Shown here: piece after piece, positions 1 to 9,700 of the stretch
Layout of the letters: every line of letters begins with the position of its first letter
Numbering within the stretch: the stretch's first letter is position 1
From: Terriglobia bacterium
GTDB taxonomy: Bacteria; Acidobacteriota; Terriglobia; Versatilivoradales; Versatilivoraceae
Direction: 5' to 3'
Assembly (NCBI GenBank): GCA_965215235.1
Contig: OZ244053.1
Coordinates: forward strand, 4,844,760 to 4,908,759
DNA: 64,000 nucleotides
The notes under the pieces: model-generated
What the model was told of the DNA's origin: nothing
The model's database searches: none
The model's input: only the letters and a program-made list of their open reading frames with translations
Position numbers and translations under genes: made by a program

Positions 1-1272
1 CGGCAACCAGATTGAAAGCCAGCGCATGCGAGCAGCTATTCCGAACGCCGCCGCGAGCAGGATGAGTCGGCAGATCATGCCCAGGGTCAGCCCCCAGGCG
101 GCGGCCGCTACGCCGGCGACGGGATAGAGCACGAGCATCGCAACAAGATTCGCCGCCAGTCCCAGGGAGAAAGCGCAGGAACAGACGCCCGGGCGGTCGA
201 TACCCTTGAAGTATGTTCCGAGTATGCCGGCGCAGGCACAGGCGAGCACTCCGGGGGCGATGATCCACAGCAGCGGGACTACCGGCAGGAAGGCTCCGGG
301 GAACAGGATTCGAACCAGCGGCGTGCTGATCGCGAGCAGGAGGAGAATCGCGGCCACGGTACTGCACGACACGACCCGCAGGCAGAGCGCCGTCAAATCC
401 GGGCGGCCGCTGCCTGCGATGCGGGGCAGCAGCGCGTTGCCGACCGCGTCGGAGATCATGCGAAGCCGGAACATGAGCGTGTGCGCGGTTGCGAACAGGC
501 CGATTTCCGCCGGGCTCGCGATCAGCCCGAGAAGGAGAACGCCCGCGCTCATTTCTAGCTCGCCGGCTATGCCCGCGGGGTGAAATCGCAGACCGTACGC
601 GATGACTCGCGTGGAGACGGTGCGGAGCGGATTCACCAGAACCAGCCCGTGATGGCGCCGCAGGTACCACGCGCACAAGGCCACGGTGCAACCGTGCGCG
701 GCGGCGACCGCGAGCACGGCGCCGTCCACGCCGAGTCCCGATAGCCGCACGAGGACAAGAAGAACGAGGGCGTTCACGGCGAGGTGAAGCAGGGTGAACA
801 CCGCGAGACGTCCGAAGTGGCGGAGGGCCGCGAGTTGACGCTCCATGGCGCCCGAGAACGCCATGAGCGGAACCAGGGCAAGCGCCAAAAAGAAGGTACG
901 CGTGTCCGCCTGCTGAAAGAAGGCCATCTCACCGTGGACCAACGGGATCGCCAGGGAGACGGCCAGAGCTCCGCCGACGAGGCAGATCGCGAGGGCGGCG
1001 CCGACGCCTTCCGAGACGGTCGCCTGTCTCGTGATGACGAAGTACTGCGCGCCTTCTCGCGCCCCCGGCGTGAAGAGCACGCTGAGAAAACTCGCGAACA
1101 CGACGCACAGGGCGAAGCTGCCGCGGCCTGCCGGCAACAGCATGTAGGCCAGAAGACTCTGGATCGCGAGGCCCACGACGACCTTGCCGACACGGGTCAC
1201 GAACGTGATGGCTGCGTCCCGCCCGCCGGTCGTGTGCGGACGTCGTGGTGTATGGGGCTTTTCCGGTGTCAC
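1..1272 (-). CDS. Wzx-like polysaccharide/O-antigen flippase (MOP/PST type); C-terminus runs off the left window edge
   Basis: Own minus-strand translation from GTG at 1272-1270: VTPEKPHTPRRPHTTGGRDAAITFVTRVGKVVVGLAIQSLLAYMLLPAGRGSFALCVVFASFLSVLF... There are 424 continuous codons with no stop and many hydrophobic helices (..LLPRIAGSGRPDL.., ..VLYPVAGVAAAAWGLTLGMI..). It is absent from the ORF track because no stop lies inside the window. The GTGA start/stop overlap with the upstream GT4 gene suggests an operon. Confidence 0.7.
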   Translation of the reverse strand, partial: MTPEKPHTPRRPHTTGGRDAAITFVTRVGKVVVGLAIQSLLAYMLLPAGRGSFALCVVFASFLSVLFTPGAREGAQYFVITRQATVSEGVGAALAICLVGGALAVSLAIPLVHGEMAFFQQADTRTFFLALALVPLMAFSGAMERQLAALRHFGRLAVFTLLHLAVNALVLLVLVRLSGLGVDGAVLAVAAAHGCTVALCAWYLRRHHGLVLVNPLRTVSTRVIAYGLRFHPAGIAGELEMSAGVLLLGLIASPAEIGLFATAHTLMFRLRMISDAVGNALLPRIAGSGRPDLTALCLRVVSCSTVAAILLLLAISTPLVRILFPGAFLPVVPLLWIIAPGVLACACAGILGTYFKGIDRPGVCSCAFSLGLAANLVAMLVLYPVAGVAAAAWGLTLGMICRLILLAAAFGIAARMRWLSIWLP

Positions 1273-2529
1273 GGCTGCGACGTTTTCTGGCGCCACGCCA
1301 GTTGCTCGAACAACGCGACGTACGCGTCGGCGGCTTTCTCGGGTGAGAAGTCGGCGGCTCGCGCCTGCAGCGCTTTCTCCGGCGGGTGCTCGCCGCGCAG
1401 GGTCTTGACCAACTCTTGCGCCAGCGCCGGCGCGTCGCCCACCGGCGGCAGATCGCCCCACTGCCCGAGGATCTCGCGCGGTCCATAGGGCGCGTCGGTG
1501 CTGACCACGGGCGTGCCGCAGGCCAGCGCCTCGAGGATCACCGTCGGCAGCCCCTCCCAGCGCGAGGAAAGCGCGAACAGCCCCGCGCGTCTCATGTACC
1601 GGTACGGGTTCTCGTCGAAGTCCACGAAACCGATATCCTCGTCGACGCCGTGGCCCCGCGCCAGGGACAGTAGCGTTGCCCGGTAGGAGGGCGACAGCTT
1701 GCCGAGGATGACCAGCCGCGCGTCCACGTCGCGGCGCGCCAGCCCGAACGCCTCCACGAGGGTGGGGTGGTCCTTCTGGGGCGCCTCGCGCCCGACGCTC
1801 AGGACCACCGGCGGCTCGTCGTCCGCAAACCAGGGATGAGTAACTTCCTCCTGCGCCAGGCGCCGTATGCTGTCGGCGGGGATGGGGTTGTAGATGGCGT
1901 GAATGCGCTTGGCGTCCAATCCCAGCGATCGTTGCACGGATTCGGCCACGCCCCTGGACACCGCCACCACCGCGTCCGCCAGCGGATAGAGCGTCCGTGC
2001 GGCGGCCAGCCATTCAGGCGCATAGGCAGCGGTGACGTTGTTGCGGACCGTGACCACAGTTGGAACCGCCCGGTCGCTCAACTGCGCGGCGCAGACCATG
2101 GCGGCGTCGGCGCCCGGCAGCGCCGACACCAGCAGGTGAGGACGCGCCTCGCGAACGTACCGCGCGATCATGTATGTATACGCATAGACGCGGTGACGCC
2201 TTCGAACGGGCAGGTCGAGCCCCTTCCGGTTGAGAGCCAGCCAAGCCCGCGCGGCCCCCGGCGGGGTTGACGGTCATCGCCTCCACCTCGACTCCGGACC
2301 GCTGCACCTCCTGCAGCAGCTTCCTGTCGGTCCCTGGGATCCGCGCCCGATGGACACGCATTCCGCCGGGGACCGCGGCCCGGTAGTCCCCCGCGAACCG
2401 TGGGATCACAAGGTCCGCGCGGTGCCCGCGGTCGATGAGCGACCGCGCCAGGCGGAGAATATTGCGCTCCGCCCCGCCGCCGTTCAGGCTGGTCAGCAGG
2501 AAGCCGACATGGAGCTTGTCGGACGTCAC
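1269..2529 (-). CDS. GT4-family glycosyltransferase, tandem unit a. It has an apparent +1 frameshift at a homopolymer near 2262-2268.
   Basis: N-terminus VTSDKLHVGFLLTSLNGGGAERNILRLARSLIDRGHRADLVIP... (GTG at 2529) lies in one frame. C-terminal 300 aa (track ORF 1269..2171: ..VVLSVGREAPQKDHPTLVEAF..LSSRWEGLPTVILEALACGTPVVSTD..) lies in another. Shifting frame at the run gives TVNP-GAARAWLALNRKGL..YMIARYVREARP, collinear with unit b. Length 1261 nt = 3n+1. Confidence 0.75.
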
Positions 2530-3785
2530 GGTGCACGCTCGCTCACCAGCTTCTCGAACAACGCGACGTACGCGTCGGCGGCTTTCTCGGGTGAGAAGTC
2601 GGCGGCTCGCGCCTGCAGCGCTTTCTCCGGCGGGTGCTCGCCGCGCAGGGTCTTGACCAACTCTTGCGCCAGCGCCGGCGCGTCGCCCACCGGCGGCAGA
2701 TCGCCCCACTGCCCGAGGATCTCGCGCGGTCCATAGGGCGCGTCGGTGCTGACCACGGGCGTGCCGCAGGCCAGCGCCTCGAGGATCACCGTCGGCAGCC
2801 CCTCCCAGCGCGAGGAAAGCGCGAGCAGCCCCGCGCGTCTCATGTACCGGTACGGGTTCTCGTCGAAGTCCACGAAACCGATATCCTCGTCGACGCCGTG
2901 GCCCCGCGCCAGGGACAGTAGCGTTGCCCGGTAGGAGGGCGACAGCTTGCCGAGGATGACCAGCCGCGCGTCCACGTCGCGGCGCGCCAGCCCGAACGCC
3001 TCCACGAGGGTGGGGTGGTCCTTCTGGGGCGCCTCGCGCCCGACGCTCAGGACCACCGGCGGCTCGTCGTCCGCAAACCAGGGATGAGTAACTTCCTCCT
3101 GCGCCAGGCGCCGTATGCTGTCGGCGGGGATGGGGTTGTAGATGGCGTGAATGCGCTTGGCGTCCAATCCCAGCGATCGTTGCACGGATTCGGCCACGCC
3201 CCTGGACACCGCCACCACCGCGTCCGCCAGCGGATAGAGCGTCCGTGCGGCGGCCAGCCATTCAGGCGCATAGGCAGCGGTGACGTTGTTGCGGACCGTG
3301 ACCACAGTTGGAACCGCCCGGTCGCTCAACTGCGCGGCGCAGACCGCGACGGCGTTTGGGCCCGGAAGCGCGGACACCAGAACATCAGGACGCGCATCAC
3401 GAACGTACCGCGCCAGAATATGAGCGTAGGGATAGATGGAGCGCATGCCGCTGCCGCGTATTGCGGGTATCCGGGGATACCTCCAAGCGAGAACCAACCA
3501 TGCCCGCGCGGCCCCGAAGGGGTTGACGGTTGTCGCTTCCACCTCTATTCCCGCCCTCCGGACTGCGCGCAGCAGCTTCCTGTCGGTCCCTGGGATCCGC
3601 GCCCGATGGACACGCATTCCGCCGGGGACCGCGGCCCGGTAGTCCCCCGCGAACCGTGGGATCACAAGGTCCGCGCGGTGCCCGCGGTCGATGAGCGACC
3701 GCGCCAGGCGGAGAATATTGCGCTCCGCCCCGCCGCCGTTCAGGCTGGTCAGCAGGAAGCCGACATGGAGCTTGTCGGACGTCAC
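2526..3785 (-). CDS. GT4-family glycosyltransferase, tandem unit b (intact, 419 aa)
   Basis: GTG at 3785 overlaps the TGA of unit c (GTGA). Sequence runs VTSDKLHVGFLLTSLNGGG...RWEGLPTVILEALACGTPVVSTDAPYGPREIL...FEKLVSERAP*. It shows the EX7E-type GT4 C-terminal Rossmann half. The track ORF 2526..4517 is a run-through of this frame. Confidence 0.85.
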   Translation of the reverse strand: MTSDKLHVGFLLTSLNGGGAERNILRLARSLIDRGHRADLVIPRFAGDYRAAVPGGMRVHRARIPGTDRKLLRAVRRAGIEVEATTVNPFGAARAWLVLAWRYPRIPAIRGSGMRSIYPYAHILARYVRDARPDVLVSALPGPNAVAVCAAQLSDRAVPTVVTVRNNVTAAYAPEWLAAARTLYPLADAVVAVSRGVAESVQRSLGLDAKRIHAIYNPIPADSIRRLAQEEVTHPWFADDEPPVVLSVGREAPQKDHPTLVEAFGLARRDVDARLVILGKLSPSYRATLLSLARGHGVDEDIGFVDFDENPYRYMRRAGLLALSSRWEGLPTVILEALACGTPVVSTDAPYGPREILGQWGDLPPVGDAPALAQELVKTLRGEHPPEKALQARAADFSPEKAADAYVALFEKLVSERAP

Positions 3786-6700
3786 GGTGCACGCTCGCTC
3801 ACCAGCTTCTCGAACAACGCGACGTACGCGTCGGCGGCTTTCTCGGGTGAGAAGTCGGCGGCTCGCGCCTGCAGCGCTTTCTCCGGCGGGTGCTCGCCGC
3901 GCAGGGTCTTGACCAACTCTTGCGCCAGCGCCGGCGCGTCGCCCACCGGCGGCAGATCGCCCCACTGCCCGAGGATCTCGCGCGGTCCATAGGGCGCGTC
4001 GGTGCTGACCACGGGCGTGCCGCAGGCCAGCGCCTCGAGGATCACCGTCGGCAGCCCCTCCCAGCGCGAGGAAAGCGCGAGCAGCCCCGCGCGTCTCATG
4101 TACCGGTACGGGTTCTCGTCGAAGTCCACGAAACCGATATCCTCGTCGACGCCGTGGCCCCACGCCAGGGACAGTAGCGTTGCCCGGTAGGAGGGCGACA
4201 GCTTGCCGAGGATGACCAGCCGCGCGTCCACGTCGCGGCGCGCCAGCCCGAACGCCTCCACGAGGGTGGGGTGGTCCTTCTGGGGCGCCTCGCGCCCGAC
4301 GCTCAGGACCACCGGCGGCTCGTCGTCCGCAAACCAGGGATGAGTAACTTCCTCCTGCGCCAGGCGCCGTATGCTGTCGGCGGGGATGGGGTTGTAGATG
4401 GCGTGAATGCGCTTGGCGTCCAATCCCAGCGATCGTTGCACGGATTCGGCCACGCCCCTGGACACCGCCACCACCGCGTCCGCCAGCGGATAGAGCGTCC
4501 GTGCGGCGGCCAGCCATTCAGGCGCATAGGCAGCGGTGACGTTGTTGTGGACCGTGACCACAGTTGGAACCGCCCGGTCGCTCAACTGCGCGGCGCAGAC
4601 CGCGGCCGTGTCGGCGCTCGGCAGCGCCGACACCAGGATCCGAGGACGCGCCTTGCGGATGTAGCGGATTAGAGTATGGACGGATGCATACAGAGAACGC
4701 TTGCGCCGGACTCGTATGCCCGGGTACTTCCGGGCAAGGACGAGCCCGATCCAGGCGACCGTGAACGGGTTCACGCCAAGCGCCGTGACCCGCATGCCGT
4801 TTGCGTCCTCTACTCCTCCTCCCGCCGACCGTTGGACTTCCCGAAGAAACGTCCTGTCGGTGTGCGGAAGCCGCCCTCGATAAAGCCGCAACCCACGGGG
4901 GATGGCGGCCTGGTAGTTTCCCGCGAAACAGGGAATCACCAGGTCGACCCGGTGCCCGCGCGCGATGAGCGACTGCGCCAGGCGGAGAATACTCCGCCCC
5001 GCCCCGCCGCCGTTCAGGCTGGGCAGCACGAAGCCGACGTGGAGCTTGTCGCCGGCCACCGGCTGCGCCTTCGCGCGGCGTCGGTCGCTGTCGTGCGCCG
5101 CGCCCATCGCGACGCTCAACCCGGCGAGAAACATGAACGCTTCAAGGCTGAGCAGATCCGAGAAGGTCATGCTGTACAGGGCGATGATGATGACCCAAGC
5201 TACGGTTGCATCCCGGGCAAGCGACTTCGGTGCGCCCCATTGCGCGCGCAGCAGCAAGAGAATGGCGGACAGGAACAGCAGCAGCGGGACGATGCCGGCC
5301 TCTCCCAGCAACGTAATATACAGATTGTGAGGATCCTGCAGCAGGCCGCTGTGTGAGATGGGGCTGCCTTCCAGGTACTTCAGCGCCCTCAGACCGTGAC
5401 CGAAGACCGGTGCTTCCATCGCCTTCCGGAAGCCCAGTCTCCAGAGCCGCAGTCTGTCCGTCGTCAGGAACGTACACAGGAGGCTGTCATCGCTATCGTG
5501 GCTGCGCAGACCGTGCAGCTCGGGCGGCAGGCAGGAGGCGTCCAGTTCGTTATCCGCCAGGGTCAGGGAAAGCTCCCTGATTTTGGCCAGTTCCAGCGGG
5601 ACCGCACCAGTAAGACGGTTGTCGGCCAGCCACAGTTGCCTGAGATTCGCAAGGTCGGCAATCTCGCGCGGGATGGGGCCGGTCAGGCGATTGCCGCCGA
5701 GCGACAGCATGGTCAGACCAGCGAGGTTTCCCAGTTCCGGCGGAATGGCGCCGGTGAGTCGGTTGCCGTCCAACAGCACCATCTCGACATGACTCAGTTC
5801 GCCCAATTCCGAGGGAATGTGGCCGGTCAGGTTCCTGTCACGCAAGTCCAGCGATGCGAGCGTGCCGTGCCTCGAGATGGCGACGCCGTCCCAGGACGCA
5901 ACTGGGCGGGCGTAGCTCCAGTTCAGCGCCGCGTCGCCGGCCAGAACGTCGCGCATGCGCATCAGACGCGCGCCGACTTCGAACTGGCCGGATTTTCTCC
6001 AGGGCGGCGGCTCGCAGGCCAGGCCGGCTTCCACCAAGTCGTGCCGCGTCGTTGCCGCGAGCCGCGAAGCCGGAACGCAACTGGTGAATGCATTACCGCT
6101 CAGGCGCAGTACGGCAAGACGAAGCAACCTGCCAAGTTCCGCCGGGATTCCTCCGCCCAGACGATTGTTATCGAGCCGCAGTTCCTCCAGATGCGACAGA
6201 TTGCCGAACTCCGGATGCATGGCGCCCGCCAATGCGTTGTTCTCCAGCGCAAGCACCCGCAGTTCGGTCAACGTGGTCAATTCCCGCGGAATGCCGCCAG
6301 TGAGTTCGTTGCCTCCGAGACGCAGTGAATCGAGTGCCCGCAACGCATCCAGTTCCGGCGGGATCTCGCCGGTCAGCGCATTGTTCTCCAGCGTCAGCGT
6401 CCGCAGTCCGGTCAGTGCGGCCAGTTCCGGCGGTATGGCGCCTGTGAGGCGGTTGTCGCCAAGATGCAGAACGGCCAAGCCGTCCAAGGCCGAGAGCGCC
6501 GCGGGAATTCGTCCGTTCAGTCCCGTATGCGACAGATCCAGGGCGATGACGCGCGGCTCGTCCGCAGCTTCGCCGTCGAACGCGGAATAGCCGAGGGTGA
6601 CGCCGCGCCAATAGTCGATGGGGACCGTGTCGCTCCAGTTCAGTTCGACATCGCCCGTCAGCACGTCGCGGGCGTCCAACAGCGCGACGCAGTCGTCATG

Positions 6701-9700
6701 CAGGCGCGGCAGTGCTTCGCGGAGGGATCGGCAAAGCGGGTTCCGGTCGAAAACCCGGCGGCGGCCGGCATCTGGCGCCGGCGGGTCGTCAGCCGCCTCG
6801 TCATCATCCAGCCGGAACGCAGCCAGCCCGGGCAGCGCGGTCACCGCAGACGGCGCGGGGCCGATCAGGCGGTTCCCGTGCAGCCACAGGACGGTCAGCC
6901 TCGACAGCTTGCCCAGTTCCGGCGGTACGGTACCGGTCAAGAGGTTGCCGTTCAATGCCAGCATGCGCAGATCGAGGAGGTTGCCGAGCTCGGGCGGGAT
7001 CGCGCCCGCAAGCCGGTTGCGGTCCAGGCGCAGCGCGGCGAGTCCGTCAAGCTGCCCCAACTCCGGGGGGATGTTTCCGTGCAACCCCATTTGCGTCAGC
7101 TCCAGCGCCTTCACACGGCCACGAGAGCGGTCCACGACGACGCCCAGCCAGTCATCCAGGGGCACATCGCGGCTCCAGTTGAGCGGCGCATTCCCGGCGA
7201 GGGCGTCCTTCGCTCCCAGCAAAAGGGCGCAGTCGGCAAGCAGGCCCGGATCGATTTTCCTCGGCCGGCAGAAAACGGGCGTGTCGAGGTCATGGTCGAC
7301 AATTTCGTCGAGCGCCGGCGGGAACGGCCGGTCCAGGTCGTTGCCGGCGAGGCGCAGCAGGGACAGATTGTCCAATCCTTCCAGCTCCGGCGGAATGGCC
7401 CCGGTGAGCCGGTTATGGCTCAGATCCAGAGCGACGAGGCCGCTCAATTCGCCGAGTTCCGCGAACAGGCGTCCGTTCAGCCCCGCGCGTCGCAGTTCCA
7501 GGGCGGTCACGCGCTGCGGCGCACCGCCGACGGAGACGCCCTGCCAGAATTCGATGGGGATTTCCTCGCTCCAGTTGAGCGGCGCCTCGCCGGCCAGGAA
7601 TTCCCGGTTCGCCAACAGCAGGGCGCAGTCGGCTTGCAGCTCGGAAGCAATGCCGGTGGAGGGTTGACAGAACAGACGTTCGACCGCATCCAGACCATCC
7701 CCTCCAGTGGGGCGGGCCGCTGTCTGCGCCGCCTCTGTATTGCCGAGTGATCGAGGCAGGCGCATATCGTCCAGGTCGAGGTCGTGACTGTCGATCCGGT
7801 AGAGACGCTGCGGAAACGGCCGGTCCAGATCGTTGCCGGCGAGGCGCAGCAGGGACAGATTGTCCAGGCCTTCCAGTTCGGGTGGTACCGGGCCGGTGAG
7901 TCGGTTGCCGACCAGATCCAGCGTAACGAGCTGGCGCAATCGTCCGAGCTCCGGCGGGATGTGGCCGTTCAGACCGGCGCGTGACAGCTCCAGGGCGGTC
8001 ACGCGCTGCGACGAGGCGTCGACGGTGATGCCCTGCCAGGACTCGATGGGGAGATGGGCGCTCCAGTTGAGCCACGCGTCGCCAGCCAGGAAGTCCCTCG
8101 CGGCCAGCAGGAGCGCGCAATCAGAGCGCAAACCGGGGCTGTCGGCGGGAGCGGCGGGGCAGTACGCGTCGTCGCTGACAAGCGCGCGCAGTTCGGGGGG
8201 CATGGAACCGGTCAGCCGGTTGCCGCTCAACCGGAGGTTCTCCAAGCTCGGCAGCTTCGCCAGTTCCAGCGGGATGGAGCCGGTCAGGGCGTTGGCGGCA
8301 AGCCCCAGTACTTTCAGGTTGGTCAGCTTCTCCAGTTCGGGCGGGACAGGGCCGGTCAATCTATTGCCGTCGAGCACCAGGCGCTGCAAGCTGGTGAGAC
8401 TCCCCAACGCAGCGGGAACACGCCCGTTCAGTCCCGTTCGCGGCAATTCCAGCGCGATGACACGACCTTGCGGACCGCCGAGGGTCACGCCTTGCCATTC
8501 GCCTATCGACAAGGCCGTGCTCCAGTTGAGCCACGCGTCGCCAGCCAGCGTGTCCTTCGCCGCCAGGAGCAGGGCGCAGTCGTCGTACAACGGAGGGTTC
8601 AGCCGGTTGAACCGCGGCGGCGGCCGGCAGAATACGAAGTGGCCGAGATCATTCTCGGAGATCTGGAACAGGGCTGGCGGAACAGGGTTTGTCAGGCGGT
8701 TCTCTCTCAACCACAGGGTCCGCAGCCGGGGGAGCTGTCCCAGCTCCGGCGGAACGGGACCGGTGAGCCGATTGCCGGCCAGGTTCAATGAGGCCAGGCC
8801 CTCCAGACCGACGACCTCCGGGGGAATGCGGCCGGTCAGCCCTTTCCCGGACAGGTCGAGCGCCGTCACACGTTCCGCTACGCCGCTCACGGTCACGCCC
8901 TGCCAAAAGCCGACAGGGACGTCCGTGCTCCAGTTGAGCCGCGCGTCGCCAGCCAGCGTGTCCTTCGCCGCGAGCAGCGCAGTGCAGTCCTCGAAGAACG
9001 CCTGGCTCACTGGCGTCGGCAGGCAGAACCGCCCCGTCAGGTCGTGATTGGGGACGATGCTGAGCTGGGGAGGAATGGAATCGAAGTCGTTGCCCGAGAG
9101 ACGCAGGAGGGACAGGTCGATTTCGCCGAGACCGACCGGAACCGGACCGCCCAGGCGATTGTTCCGCAGCCACAGTTCCTCGAGGTTCTCAAGCTTCCCC
9201 AGCTCCGGCGGAATGGCGCCGGTCAAGGCATTGAAGCTGAGTCTCAGATTTCTCAGGCTCGCCAGATTCCCCAACTCGGGCGGAATGCGGCCGGTGAGCC
9301 GATTTCGAGCAAGATCCAGCAAGACAAGGCGATCCAGGCGACCGAGCTCCGGGGGGATACGGCCGTTCAATCCCAATTCCCGCAGACGGAGCGCCGTGAC
9401 TCGTCCCTGCGGGCCATCCACTGTCACGCCCTCCCACCATTTGACAGGTACGGAGCGACTCCAGTTCAGCGTGATGTCTCCCGCCAGGAAGTCCCTCACG
9501 GCCAGCAGCACGGCGCAGTCGGTACCGGGACTGTCGGCCGGCGAAGGGCAGTAGAACGGGGTTTCCCCAAGCGCCTCGGCGGTCCGCAACCTCCGCCATT
9601 CGGCAAGAACCACGGATGAACTCGTGAGTCCGACCAATCCAGCCATTCCCGCCGTTACGGTGACCGCCAACAGGACGATGGCCTTCGGTTTGCTGCGGAC

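Larger units (their letters stand above)
1269..5059 (-). repeat. Tandem triplication of a 1,256-1,257-bp GT4 gene unit with near-identical 3' ~780-bp blocks
   Basis: Stops fall at 1269, 2526 and 3782. Track peptides are identical or differ by one residue in all three units (1386..1673 = 2634..2921 = 3890..4177; 1799..2023 = 3047..3271 = 4303..4527). Units a and b also share the 5' ~230 bp (2435..2656 = 3691..3912). Confidence 0.9.

Noticed and set aside
2014-4517. Very long minus-strand ORFs 2014..3261 (415 aa) and 2526..4517 (663 aa) that span more than one GT4 unit
   Set aside because: These are run-through artefacts. In this GC-saturated DNA the frame upstream of each true GTG start has no stop, so the track extends each GT4 gene through the preceding unit as Arg/Gly/Ala-rich nonsense. 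The true starts are the GTGA overlaps at 2529 and 3785.
1269-5059. Whether the regular 1.26-kb periodicity could be a CRISPR-like or satellite array
   Set aside because: The period is a whole gene, and each unit encodes a complete GT4 enzyme with start/stop overlaps. No short repeat/spacer structure exists anywhere in the window.
5475-9553. The recurrent N-W-S tripeptide in each LRR cap as an N-glycosylation sequon
   Set aside because: The sequon is conserved in plant LRRNT caps for structural or historical reasons. Nothing in the sequence shows N-glycosylation machinery here, so I attach no functional claim.
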